A stretch of DNA of 64,000 nucleotides from Octopus vulgaris. Its lineage: Eukaryota. The notes under the pieces are model-generated. The model worked only from the letters and a program-made list of their open reading frames with translations. It did not search any database and was not told where the DNA came from. The position numbers were made by a program, and so were the translations under genes. Position 1 is the first letter of the stretch, and the number at the start of each line of letters is the position of its first letter. Shown here in pieces: positions 51,892 to 64,000 of the stretch. The stretch spans positions 33,294,001 to 33,358,000 of the forward strand of contig OX597815.1 in the NCBI GenBank assembly GCA_951406725.2, given 5' to 3'.

Positions 51892-52889
51892 TTAAAGAAG
51901 AGTGAAAAAAAGAAAGTCCATGACAGCAAGAAAAAAAAATTAACAGCAATAATAACATAAGGAATTAAGCCCTTTGAATATTCAGTAAATAACTACAAAT
52001 CCTGTTCTCAAGGAAATATCGATCACTATGTGCTCAGATATTCAGACCACAGAAACTATTTAACTTCGGAATGCAATTAATCTAAAAGCGTGTTCAAAAA
52101 ACATCGGTCGTAAAGCGACACATATAAGTTCAATATGTAATAAAAAAAACATGGTCATTTCGAATATATTCTTATTCTATGCAAACGTGATAAAAAAAAA
52201 TTTTTAAGTGAGGAAAAACAAAGAAATTTTTGATTTCCATAAGAAACGATGGAATGAATTATGCATACATACATACATACATAACTAGAAAGTTCAGCAT
52301 TGGGATTAGATATATTAGTTAGAATTTGTTCTATTCATTTTACCTACTTGATATTTTACCTTAAAATATATAGAATATATTTACGTTTATTATGCCCACC
52401 ATAAGAGAAAAGAAAGGTACAACTTTATTTTTAATGATTACATAAAAATAAAATAAATGTTATCTGTTGAAATGTGTTTATGCCTGGAAATGTTAAAATC
52501 CTTTTCAGCAATATTTAGGTACATTACCAACTCCTCTTGGGAGCAATAAAAAAATCCTTCACCCAGTTAGATGTAAATTATTTTTTAGGTAAAAAAGAAA
52601 AAGGTGACTGACTTCCTTTAGCTTCTTTGGTCACCATATTTTCTCATGGAAAATCAGATTTTGATTCATGTATATAGTCCTTTTCACGTTCACATTACTT
52701 GTTGCTTTAATAACCCATTCAACCAACCCATTAATATATATATATATATATATATTTCTAGGAGCTATTAGGGGATGAATGAAATTCTAATATTTTATTC
52801 GAAACTAAAATATGATGGTACGTTTATGTATTTGCTTAAAACTTCAGCTTACCCGAGCTATCAATCTGACCTCTAGCCTGGTCGCTGGT

Positions 52890-53275
52890 ATGGAAGCACT
52901 CCGTCGGTTACGACGACGAGGGTTCCGGTTGATCCGAATCAACGGAACAGCCTGCTCGTGAAATTAACGTGTAAGTAGCTGAGCACTCCACAGACACGTG
53001 TACCCTTAACGTAGTTCTCGGGGATATTCAGCGTGACACAGAGAGTGACAAGGCTGGCCCTTTGAAATACAGGTACAACAGAAACAAGAAGTAAGAGTGA
53101 GAGAAAGTTGTGGTGAAAGAGTACAGCAAGGATCACCACCATCCCCTGTCGGAGCCTCGTGGAGCTTTAGGTGTTTTCGCTCAATAAACACTCACAACGC
53201 CCGGTCTGGGAATCGAAACCGCGATCCTATGACCGCGAGTCCGCTGCCCTAACCACTGGGCCATTGCGCCTCCAC
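52890..53275 (-). mobile_element. SINE family C (tRNA-derived), full length, 10-bp TSD
   Basis: Head gtggaggcgcaatggcccagtggttagggcagcgg...ggtttcgattccc; TSD ggtcgctggt at 52880-52889 and 53276-53285. Confidence 0.85.
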
Positions 53276-53736
53276 GGTCGCTGGTCTAGGAATCGATTTA
53301 ATCAACTATATCCTAGGACGGATGTATTCGCTAATATACTGGATACTCAACTCTGATGATATGACAAGATGGTTATGTAAAGAATGCCTTTGTTCATAGA
53401 TCTTGATCAAAGTTAGTCTGGAGCTAAACAACCACTGCAGTTTGTTCGATTTTAAACAAATAGACTTATTAATCAAATATTTGCTATTTTCAATTATTGT
53501 TCATTCCCATATCAATCCTGATCGAGCAAAAATATGGTGAGAAACGTTCAAGCTGTGTTTATCCGTCATTTTAAAGGATTATATACGATTGCATCATCTG
53601 ATGTGTCCTTATTTAATACTGTAAAATCTGATTTGAGGGTGATTTAGGTGCTGTTTCTGGCACGTAGAAGCTCCTACGTTAGCTCATATTTCAGTTTTCA
53701 TTTCAGAAATATTTCATAATATAGCAGTGCAAATAA

Positions 53737-54867
53737 CACGGGCCAACAAAAATGTTCTTTCTCTGTTGTCAAACATTTGGACCTGAACTAAGTGTTTTTG
53801 GGGTTTTTTTTTGGTACACAGGATCCAAAAATGACATCCGTTTATTAGCGTCACGTCAAGATTTTAAGATACTTGATCCATAGAATTTCACTGTTTTTCA
53901 ATAAAACAGCTTATGCGGAACCAGATATAACATTTAAACATACACAGAAATTGATTTTTCTTCAAAACCAGAATGTTTGCTTAAAATTCTACTGAAAAAC
54001 TAACAAAAGAATCTAAAAATTTCTACAGGCAAATTACATCGTAGTTTAGGCCTAATTTTCCATGGATTTACGTTTGGATAATTTTCTTATGTACTGAATC
54101 TCACGAAGATCACAGTTCAAGTTCTAGCAACAGTCCGCCATCATATGCAAGTCCCGTCTACCTTGATAATTCTCCTTGCTCGTCACTTGCTCGTCACTTG
54201 AGTCACTAAGACTTTCAGGGAATTATCAAGGTGATTGTGGAGATAGTACAGCTTTATGCTCATATCTGTTCTCAACTTCTGAAAGTTCTTTTGCATGGTG
54301 TCGACTATTTTGGTATATTTGGTGACTTCATTGTTACCCAGAAAGTCATTTACAACAACTACAAAGGAATTCCATGCTCCTACTTCATTGCAATTCATTG
54401 AACTTACTATCAATTTTCTGGTTTGAGTCTCATTAAATACTCCAGCTTTTATCTTTTCTCTGCTCAGACTGGGAAACGTACTGCAGATATAGTAGAATCA
54501 TGGTCCGTCTTTATCCATACCTTTACCAAACTGCTTCGTAATGCCAAGTTTGATATGGAACAGAGACAGGATATTTTTTTCTGGTTGAACTAAAAGCTCT
54601 TCAACCACTTAAAAAACCCTGGAGCAAATGTTCGCTGCGGGCATTCTTTGATCATCCAATGTTTTTTCCAGGTTCCACGGTCCTACATACATAAAAGGCA
54701 TGGATTGGTGTTTTTATAAAAAAATTGCGAAAATTGAGATGTTTGGGTAACTTGAAATCTAGACATGATGATAAAAGAAACGGATTCTATTTTTGGATTC
54801 AGCATATTAAAAGAACTTCAAATCAGGTAAAAAAAAGTCCTGACAAATAAATGGCTGTTGGGTTGTG
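53737..54867 (-). mobile_element. Chapaev3-type DNA transposon, internally deleted
   Basis: Termini cacgggccaaca / tgttgggttgtg, TWA flanks; HIKLG, KIKAGVF, MSIKLYYLHNHLD homologous to 11340-13525. Confidence 0.75.
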
Positions 54868-55099
54868 TTATTTAAGAAATATTTCCTTTTAATTTATAAA
54901 AATATACTTAATTTGTACCAATGTCGAATATCTTCATACATTCAGTTAATTTGATACGCTTATAAATACTTTTAAGAATTTCATTAACGAAAATCTAACG
55001 AAGAAATATTTTCGAAGACCTACGTATTTTTTCACCATTTTGCAAGGCAAACAATAAAAGATATAAAAACATGATAGGCTGAAATCTAAAGAAATACAA

Positions 55100-55833
55100 C
55101 ATCCATAAGTTATTCCGTCTGACGAAATCCAATTTCAAAATGGAGATTCTGTAGTCAATGGAACAAGTATGCTTACTAAAAGTCTTTTATTACACATATG
55201 AAGATACTTCTAAACAGTGAAACTTCGTACTGTAAGTTATTTTGGACGTGTTGAAAACAATAAATTTCCAAGCACGGATATTCTTACCTCCAGTTCGTAG
55301 CTATATTTTTTTCGTTATACTGCGTATCATAATGCGTTCCTGTTGCTAGTGTTAACATTATTGTTGGTACTGACTCGTCTGTTTTAAAATTACATATACT
55401 GCATGCACAAATAATATCCAATCTTTTTATATATTTTTTTACCATTATTTTAACATGTTATCATCTATAAGATTGCAGAATAACAAAAGTTGTTTTAAGT
55501 GCGAGATATACAAGGCTAGATTATATCCCTTTACGTTTTGAATTCAACAATCAATCGTCAACATCGATTTTGCTTTCTATTTTTTACATTGGCGATAATA
55601 TGAACACCAGTCATGTTCTTGATTAATCCAGTTGACAATAACACCTCTCGTGCAATGAATTCACAGATTGTACCAATATTAGAAAAATAATCAAAAGACA
55701 GTAGAACACCGGGAAGCTTCGTCCCTCTGTATTTTACGTTCATGTCCGGTCGGCAATCTACAAAGTAAATGAAAGTATTAAACTACTGTCGATTTACCTT
55801 CACCATTAAAAATTAACAGTTAAAAACTATCAT
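55100..55833 (-). pseudogene. Putative decayed multi-exon gene (PAN/apple-like exon + uncharacterised domain)
   Basis: Candidate exons 55833-55798, 55757-55588, 55378-55288 and 55229-~55100 with GT-AG borders and phase agreement once single-base frameshifts are assumed. Confidence 0.45.
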
Positions 55834-56294
55834 TCTCTGTCGAAATAAGTATTATAAAGCTTTATACCAGGTTGAATAAAAAGTAGCAACGTTTTGAACT
55901 ATGAAAAATTTGTACCGGATTTTTGCAAATTTTTAAATTTTCTTTTAAAAATCTTTATAAATTGTCTAATAATACAGACATAGAATTGTCCACATGCATA
56001 AATAAATTAACATTGATATGTTTTTCCCCGTTGTCCCAACCATCTGTTTTTTTGAGATTGATTAACGTTGTGGAGAGATATTGGTGGGTTTTAAATTATT
56101 GTTGCCTGCTAACAGGATTATTATTGTTGTTTTTCTGCTGTTGTTATCGTTAATATTTGATTGACGGTTTGTAATATTGTTATTGTCATCCCCCCCCCAC
56201 GGAGGAGAGGATTTGTATAAACTATATTTTTGAGCCTCGTTGTAGAGGATTTATTTCCTCGGTGTTGAGGAAATTATTAAATTTGTGTGTCAGT

Positions 56295-57670
56295 ATGACA
56301 CCAACTGCAGAAGCAGTAGCCACACAAATGAATTATGCCGCTGCTGTTGGGCAACAGCATGAAATCATAACGTTGAAAAAAACTGATATTCAGCTTCTAT
56401 TCGGAAAAAATTCTGAGAGTAACGGGGAAAGTAAATTTTTCCCCACCGCCTGAAATTACTACTGTTAAAAAGGTAAAAAAACTGTCATTTATAAAACCTT
56501 CTGCCTAAAATATAAGCAAGTTCGAAGAAGAGGACATTGAAGAGTGCCTCGTGCCAGTTATGAAGGATATTGCCTTCCTGACCCGAGGGAATAAATATGC
56601 AACGATAGAAACAAGGTTCGAGTCGGTTGAAAAGGCTAAAGAGTATTCCACTCGGACTTTGCAAAACGATAAAATGGCATTGCTGCCATTATATATAGGA
56701 CGCAGGACGTCCCGGATAAAAATTTCAAATATCCCTCCTGATGTTGAGGTAGCATGGGTTATTGCCATGCTCCTGTTCAATAGTGATGAGAAACTGGAGG
56801 TGATCCAGGTGAAGAGATGTCCCTTCCAGAATTGGAAGAGACAATCGTTAGAAGTCTTAGTGCAAGCTTCTCCCACGGATTTGAAGGAGTTGCCAGATTG
56901 ACTACTGATAGCAGAGGAAGCAGCCCTAATAATACATGTGGAAGGGGGAAGACCTCGGTGCTTCCGGTGTGGAAGGAAGGGGTACCAGAGGGCCGAGTGT
57001 GGGCCTCCCCCCAAAAAAGAACAAGGAAGTTATCTCCACTAACGAGAAAGTGGTAGCCCCGACCAAGGAGGCCATTGCCCAGGGGGCTACCACCAACATA
57101 AGGAATAAAAATGAGAAGGTGATAGCCTCGGCCGAGGAGGCCATTACCCAGAATGCTACCACCAGTGGAAAAGTATTCAGTGAGGTGGTAGCCCCGGCCA
57201 TGGAGGCCATTACCCAGAGGGCTACCACCAGCAGTAAAGGAGCGGTGGCCCAAGAGAAAGAGTTCCAGGTGGTCTCTAAGAAAATACCTAAAACTGTAAC
57301 CCCTGAAAAAAACACAAAAAAGGGAAAACAAAACCGCAAAGGTGGCCAGAAAAGCCACAGCGGAAAAAATAATTGAAACAACAGAAAAGGTGGCCTGTAC
57401 CAGGCCACCAAAACTGTTGGGAAAAAGACCAGAAATGGTGACAGTGCTGATCTAGAACACTAATAAATATTTGGTGGGAGTGATGAAGAAGGAGAACTAA
57501 CATATGGGAAAATAACAAGAACTCTTTTCAACGATATGAAAAAAGTACATCCCAGAGACATTGCGGAGCTTGGGTCAATCCAAAAAATAATTAACCCGCC
57601 GGTTGAACCAAGTCTGGAGGAGTACGACGAGGTTAACTCGGTGACTCTCAGACAAATACCTTGTGAAAGG
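56295..57670 (+). pseudogene. Tx1 ORF1 (gag-like) remnant
   Basis: SRIKISNIPP; CFRCGRKGYQRAEC at 56959-57000 (CCHC with H>Y); stops and frameshifts. Confidence 0.8.
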
Positions 57671-57707
57671 TAAGCCGTGTTTTCGTTTTTCGTTTTTCAT
57701 TTAAGAG

Positions 57708-60262
57708 ATGACTACACTCAGGATAGGCTGTTTGAATATACGTGGCCTGGTCTCGAAGTGAAAGCAGGCTTGTTTCCTCAACGACCTCAGATCACATAGA
57801 ATAGATGTGATGGTCGCTACAGAGACTAAGTTGGACAAGCTGCAGTCCTTCTCGTCCCTCCTGAATGGCTATGAGAAAGTCATGTCTCTTAACCAGACCG
57901 AAGGACATGGAGGGGTTGTAGTTTTGCTCCGGAAAAACTTGACTCTGGAGAAACGTATAATCTTTGCAGACCCAGAAGGCGAGCTGGTCGTTCTGGATCT
58001 AACATTTGGTGGTAAGGTTTTCAGGTTAATTGGCATTTACGCGCCTACAACTGTAAGCAAACGAAATGAATTTTATCGGCGCCTGGAGAATTTTCTTGTA
58101 ACATCAAAGACTATTGTAGTGTTAGAAAATTTTAATGCTGTCCTCGACGCACGTAAGGACAGCATTGGCTCGACTAATAGGACAAATTACTCTCGCCTTG
58201 TAGACCTGCTTAAGTGATATAGGCTTGCAGATCGATACAGACTGGATTATCCGAGCTTTCTAATGTGAACTTGGAGTAATAACGACGGATCAATCCGGTC
58301 TTACATAGATAGAATTATAGTTAATATTAGAGATAGGACTAGATTTAGCTGTCCACAATTTACCTACGTTTCCTACACGGATCACAAATTAGTGACGTGT
58401 AGGATGCAAATAGATAAGGTACATAGACAAGGATCTGGTTACTGGATCATGGGGATGCCTTACAGGATTTCCTGGTCGGTGGACCGCGAATCGCGACATG
58501 TGATGCTGAGCGCTGTGATAGGCCGATCACAGCTGCGGAGGTCGAGGTGCTTTCTAAGTGCCCCGGGGATAAGTCTCCAGGACTTGATGGTTTACCTTAC
58601 GAATGTATGCCAGACTTGTTCAGGGAAATACTGGCTGGTGTGTACAAGAAATGGCAGCAGAATGGGAAGATTCCCAAATCTGTGAGCCGAGGAGTTGTGA
58701 CACTAGTAAGGAAAGACTCTAGCAAGGGGAATATCATTAATAATTTCCGTCCCATAACTCTGTTAAATACAGAGTTAAAGATTTTGGCCAAGGTATTAGC
58801 CAAGAGAGTTAGAGTTGTCGTGGACGATCTGGTTGGGGAGGCGTAAACTTGTGCCATCCCAGGAAGGACGATACACGACAACCTTCCTCTCATACGCTAC
58901 ACCTTAGATCGGGCTAGTAAAGATCCTGGCAAGAGTGGTGCACTAGTGAATTTGGACCAGTCTAAGGCATTCGATAGGGTGGACCATCGGTACCTGGGGG
59001 CTGTCCTCGCGGCGGCTGGACTGGGGCCGACTTTTCGTGGCTGGATCAGCGCTATGTATAGCAACATCGAATCCGTAGTCTGGGTGAACGGTTTCTTCTC
59101 GAAGCCATGTCCGACAGGGTTGTCCCCTGTCTCCGCTTCTGTACTTACAGGCTCTTGAGCCATTGCTGCAGATGCTGGAGGCGGCTGGGGGTCGTTCTCG
59201 TGATCTGTGTAATGGAGAGGCGTGACGGCGTACGCGGACGATGTCACCATCGTCGTGTCGGACGAAGGGCAGCTACCTTTGGTAGAGGACGCCATCAGAA
59301 GACACGAGATGGTGGCAGGTGCAAAAGTTAATCTGGAAAAATCAGTTGGTTTGCAGCTCAGCACCTGGAGAGGCAAGTCAACTCCTCCCAACAGCGTCGT
59401 GGATCGCTGGACGGAGGGTCCTGTTAAATTGCTCGGGGTCTGGTTCGGTCAAGACCTCCAGATAGAGAAAAATTGAAGCGAGGTCACAGGCAAGGTGGCT
59501 GCCCTAACCCGGATCTGGTTTGGAAGGACGTTATCCTTGCAAGGGGGGGGTGCACATGCATTTATTGCATCTGTGATAACCTACCGCCTAAACGTCGTGC
59601 CTTGCCCCAATTTATGGCTGAACAGGTTGGAACGGCTTCTATTCCGCTTTTTGTGGAGTAGGAGACCACCACTTGTGAGGCGCTCTATCTGCTGCCAAAA
59701 GCCGCTAAAAGGTGGGTTAGGGATGCCTTGGATAATGATGCTCAAACTTACACTGAGGTTGGGACATCTCTGGCTTTACCTGGATGATGAACGGGTGTGG
59801 TCTCCGCATGTCAAGTTATTCTTTCCGCAATTGGAGTCCCTGCGGGACTTGGGTCCACGGATCACGCGGAGACCTACAATGAGTGATTGGCACAAGTAGT
59901 GCAGATAGGCACTTACGCTGTTCTCTCGGGCAGGCAGTACCGGCAACGAGGCTACCACTGCGGAATTCTATAACGGGTTAGTGGCTAAGTCTGATGACGT
60001 CCTAGGGGAAACTCTAGGCTACGATGGAAGCCAATTAACCAGTCTCTTCGGCAGGACATTCAGGCCGGGGTACCTGGATAATTTTCAGAAATCCCTGGCT
60101 TGCTTGATCTATCGAGGGGCTTTACCAGTTCGAGGGAGGCAGTCATGGCATGGTTTTGGCGTCCCTCCTTCATGCCCGAGGTGCACGCGGGACAGTGAAT
60201 CTGTTCCGCATGCCTTCGTGCATTGTCAAGAATTAAAGGGGTTGATTACCTATGTCGAACGG
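57708..60262 (+). pseudogene. Tx1 ORF2 (APE endonuclease + RT) remnant
   Basis: MTTLRIGCLNIRGL, ATETK, IYAP, YIDRI, TDHK, KSPGLDG, FRPITLLNTELKILAK, LDQSKAFDRVDH, AYADD, CPRC...HAFVHC. Confidence 0.9.
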
Positions 60263-60706
60263 CTGAGACATTCCCAACATCAGCAAACGCATGCAGCAGC
60301 TCATCAAATGGAGTCTCAAGAAAGAAGCGAGATGAGACTTTCTTTCAGATCAGCAAAGTCATGCCGCAGCACAGAAGCAAGATGAGACTTTCTCAAGATC
60401 AGCAAAGGCATGCTGCAGCACCTCAGATCGAGTCTGAAGAGAGAAGCGAGATGAGACTTTCTCAAGATCAGCAAAGGCATGCACACACCCCAACCCACAA
60501 TTTTTCATGACAAGTTAGGGCTTGAAATATTCCAAACGGATGCATGATATGTCGCTTAGTCGAGTTAGCCCATTATTTACTCCACAAATGTTTCATCGTC
60601 AACGCTGCACTTTCCCGTATCGTCTGTTTCAACATGACTGTAAGATATATATATATATACTAACTATGTCATTTTATCCCGAGCAACGCCGGGGATCTCT
60701 GCTGGT
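60263..60706 (+). mobile_element. Helitron-derived fragment (23-aa STPR-like repeats + 3' hairpin)
   Basis: 69-nt repeat encoding RLSQDQQRHAAAPQIESEERSEM; ends cccgagcaacgccggg...ctgg, the same hairpin as 7803-8316. Confidence 0.65.
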
Positions 60707-61544
60707 ATACTAATAAGAAACTGAGACCCCCTGTAGTATCTCTTGGAGAAACCAATATTCAGTTTATATTAAGATCATTACAGTTGTATAATTACTGTTG
60801 TATTTAATATAGTTGAATATAATTCATCAGCTGCGGTACATATTTTCGAATATCCCCCTTGAAACTCTGCAGTTTACCGAAAGGTTAAGAAAACGTGCCG
60901 CCTGAAAACAAATTCCCTTTATAATTATTTATAGTTCTGTTAGAATAATTATTTCTCCTGCTGTTTTTCATTCTCATCTGAGAACAAATTAAGCCATCAG
61001 AAACCAAAGTCACTGACATGGAAGTTCTGTAATCGATATGACATTTCTGTATACCTTTCTTCTACTATTATATTCCTCAATTGCCAGAACTACGTTTCTC
61101 TACGAAAGTCTGAGCTTTGCTCTACGAAATCACTTTGTTCATTTTAAACAAACATTATTTATTTTATTCTTCCATCTGCGTATTCTGATAATGTTACATT
61201 AATTGTTTGACATTTAAATAACTTTGATATACAACGGGGACAAATATGATTGCCTAGTAAAATAGTTATAACAAGCCCTAACTGCATCACACACACGCAT
61301 ACACACACACACACATACACACACACACACACATGCACACATACACACACAATCACGCACGCACGCACGCATGTATGTATGTATGTATGTATGTACGTAT
61401 GTATGTATGTATATAACTTTTATCTTATATCTTTTACTGGTTACAGCCCAAGGCTGAGATCATGCTGGTGTACCACCTGTAGTTACTCGGTGTTATTTCC
61501 GGTATAGTTTTTGGTGAAGTAGCGAGTTGGACGAGGCTTCTCTT

Positions 61545-62625
61545 CTTTGTGTCTCCTGTCGCGATATGGGTTCATTTGGTATCTCAGATAGAAAGCTGTC
61601 GTTCCTTGAAAACTTCCACATCAACACCATGCAGATCTCTAAGGTTGCCTAGCAGGATGTTGAACAATTGGGTGTCCTTGAAACTCAGACTATTGCAGTA
61701 TTCGGGAATTGGTATATCTGTCAATTCCAAAATTGGGAGCTAAACCCTCTAAGATCTTCCAAATATATATCACCGCATATTTCTCTCATCTTCTCTCCAG
61801 GGAATAGAGACTCAGCTCTTGTAGCCTCTCCCCTCCCCACCTCCGATTAGCCCATTGGGTCAATCTTCTTTGTGTATTGGCGCTGAATTGCTTCGAGTTC
61901 CACAGTTTGTTTCACACTCTCCAGGGGACCATAGTTGGGAGCAGTAGTCCAAGCAACTGAGGACGAATGTCCTCCATAGAAGTAGCAGGGGCTCCTTTTT
62001 CCTACTTCTGAATGTCCTCCAGCCACTCGCCTGCACAATGTTGCCATCTTGGTAATATTCACATGGAATGTTGCATCATTGCTCATGCGAACTCCCAAGT
62101 CACGCATCAACTCTGACTCTGAGATCATATCACCTTCTGGTTCAAGATATTCCGATTTTAGCCTGGTGTTGCACTGATAGTGAAGTGCCTGAACTTTCAT
62201 AGCATTGAACCGCGTGTTATTTTTGTTAGCCCATTTCATTCAAGTCATTCTGAAGTTTTATGATACCCTCTGAGTTCCTAACTGCCTGTGATACTTTTGT
62301 GCGTCAGCATAACTGGTCAGATTAGCTGACTGTACCGTGGAGGGTATGTCTAAGAGGGCTACCACAAATAGTAGTGGTCCCAGTATAGTTCCCTTGTGGG
62401 ACTCCGATGAGAAATGATGTCTCTTCAGAGTGAGCGCCGTTGGCTACAACTGTTTGACTCCTGCCCTTCAGAAAGTCATGCAGTTAGTTTCCCAGTAATA
62501 CCAAGGTTTCGCAGCCTATCATGCAATACTCAACCTTGTCGAAGGCCTTGGCAAAGTCGAGGTATATCACGTCTACACCCGATTAGTTTAGCTGTTGTTT
62601 CACTATCCAGTCAAAGTGCTCAAGT
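61545..62625 (-). mobile_element. CR1-clade LINE RT remnant
   Basis: DVIYLDFAKAFDKV, GVP-QGTILGPLLF, YADA, WANKNNTRFN, RDLGV, LEAIQRQYTK. Confidence 0.85.
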
Positions 62626-64000
62626 ATATATATTACGATTTGGCAATTGCTTTAGTCCACAATTATGAGAGATTGATTTTTCATATTCTTACAACATAGC
62701 CACTGTAGTTCGTACCTTCCTTAAAATTAAACGACCTTCTTTCTACTTGAAACGACGGCAGCCTCTTATTTTCCTTTGTGCGTGCGTGCGCGCGTGTGTG
62801 TGCACTTTGTCTGTGTCCGCGTGTGCTTGTTTTTAATGAAATGTTGCCGATTAAAATAAGAGCAGTTAGAGTTAAAATAGTAACAGCCAATTAGGAAAAT
62901 ATCGAACGGCAAAATGAATACCAGACCAAAATATGTACTGGGGTCACTGGAATCCATTAAAAAATTTCTGAATACTTTCTACAACATGGTCGTAGTTCAA
63001 TGACTAAAACCAGAAAATGAGTAAAAGAATAAAAAAGTAATGTTATTTCAATATGTACAGCTTTATAACTTTCATTGTTCTTCATTTTCCTTTCATTAAA
63101 TTGTGTCAGAAGATTATATAATAAAATATAAAATATATTATACTTCCTCACTAGTGCCCTAAAGAAACATGTTAACCAACTAATGTAATAAAAACGTTCG
63201 ATAACAAAACCTTCCTCTATCCCTGAAATACCTTTTTAAACTGAAAACAAAACTTATTGTTGGAGAAGATCAATAGAAAAACACTACAAAAATTTTGAAG
63301 AAAATTGTAAATTTACATTTGGAAGTAAACAATAATAATAAGTTGTGTTTTCAACATAATGCAAATCTGAGCGGATTTGCATTCAATATTATTGATCTGT
63401 TTTCAAATCCTATTTAACTACTTCTATTTCACAGAATATTAAGCAGTTTCGATTTTTAGAAAGAAATGATGCAACGAGTAAAAGTTTCTTAAAAATATTT
63501 AATGTTAGAACACTAAACGGAAAAGGAATTTGAAATTTATAAAAATGTTACAGCATAAAAATGTTCATACATTTAGAAACATAGTATTTGATGCAACTAC
63601 CTCCAAAAATGGAGTGGAGAAAATTGCAAGACAGTTGGGTGGACACAGCTTGCATGCTTAATTTGACAAAGATTAAAGATAACACAGGTAACTTCACAGA
63701 GATTAAAGATAATGTAGGTAATGAGATGTAAATGAACCAGAGACTGAAGAAATTTAAAGATTGTTCAAACATGTTTAGCGAGGTGAATCACTCAAAAGAG
63801 AGTAACGATCTAGAAGCTGTGGAATAATAATTGTGTTAACACTAGTTTGGATCCTCAGGCATAAGTGGTAACTGCCTGAGTACATAGTATTTTTCATCTA
63901 AAACGAATTTATATATAAATACACACACACACATACACACACCAAACATATATATATATATATAGTTAATCCTTACATGAAAACACAAAGAGAAAACACA

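Larger units (their letters stand above)
56170..60262 (+). mobile_element. Tx1-clade LINE, near full length, decayed, with internal deletions
   Basis: ORF1 with zinc knuckle; ORF2 with APE, RT and C-terminal zinc finger; 5' boundary approximate. Confidence 0.9.

Noticed and set aside
53200-53275. tRNA gene (also the heads at 4026 and 44695)
   Set aside because: The tRNA-like heads continue into SINE bodies, with TSDs in several copies, and lack a complete cloverleaf and terminator

Overview
AT-rich, repeat-dense eukaryotic genomic DNA. The tRNA-derived SINE families, the dense (TA)n/(CATA)n/(GATA)n/(TAGG)n microsatellites and the TE mix suggest a coleoid cephalopod, probably Octopus; this is an inference. 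I see no intact protein-coding gene. The window is mostly decayed transposons: Penelope-like elements (PLE, including a Naiad-type GIY-YIG and hammerhead-like motifs), Tx1, R4/Dong, RTE and CR1 LINEs, mariner/maT, hAT, Chapaev3-type DNA transposons, Helitrons, MITEs and three SINE families. A 2.9-kb 28-bp minisatellite explains the three ~950-aa ORFs. Two host-gene remnants are missed or only partly caught by the ORF track. One is a CDK8/CDK19-like first coding exon with its splice donor and compensating frameshifts, abutting a PLE. The other is a decayed multi-exon gene with a PAN/apple-like exon. Other highlights are retroelements sitting in specific microsatellites, a SINE tail shared with a probable Tx1 3' end, and a Helitron with its empty site preserved in a nearby duplicate. 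All family assignments come from motif recognition by eye; no database search was run.
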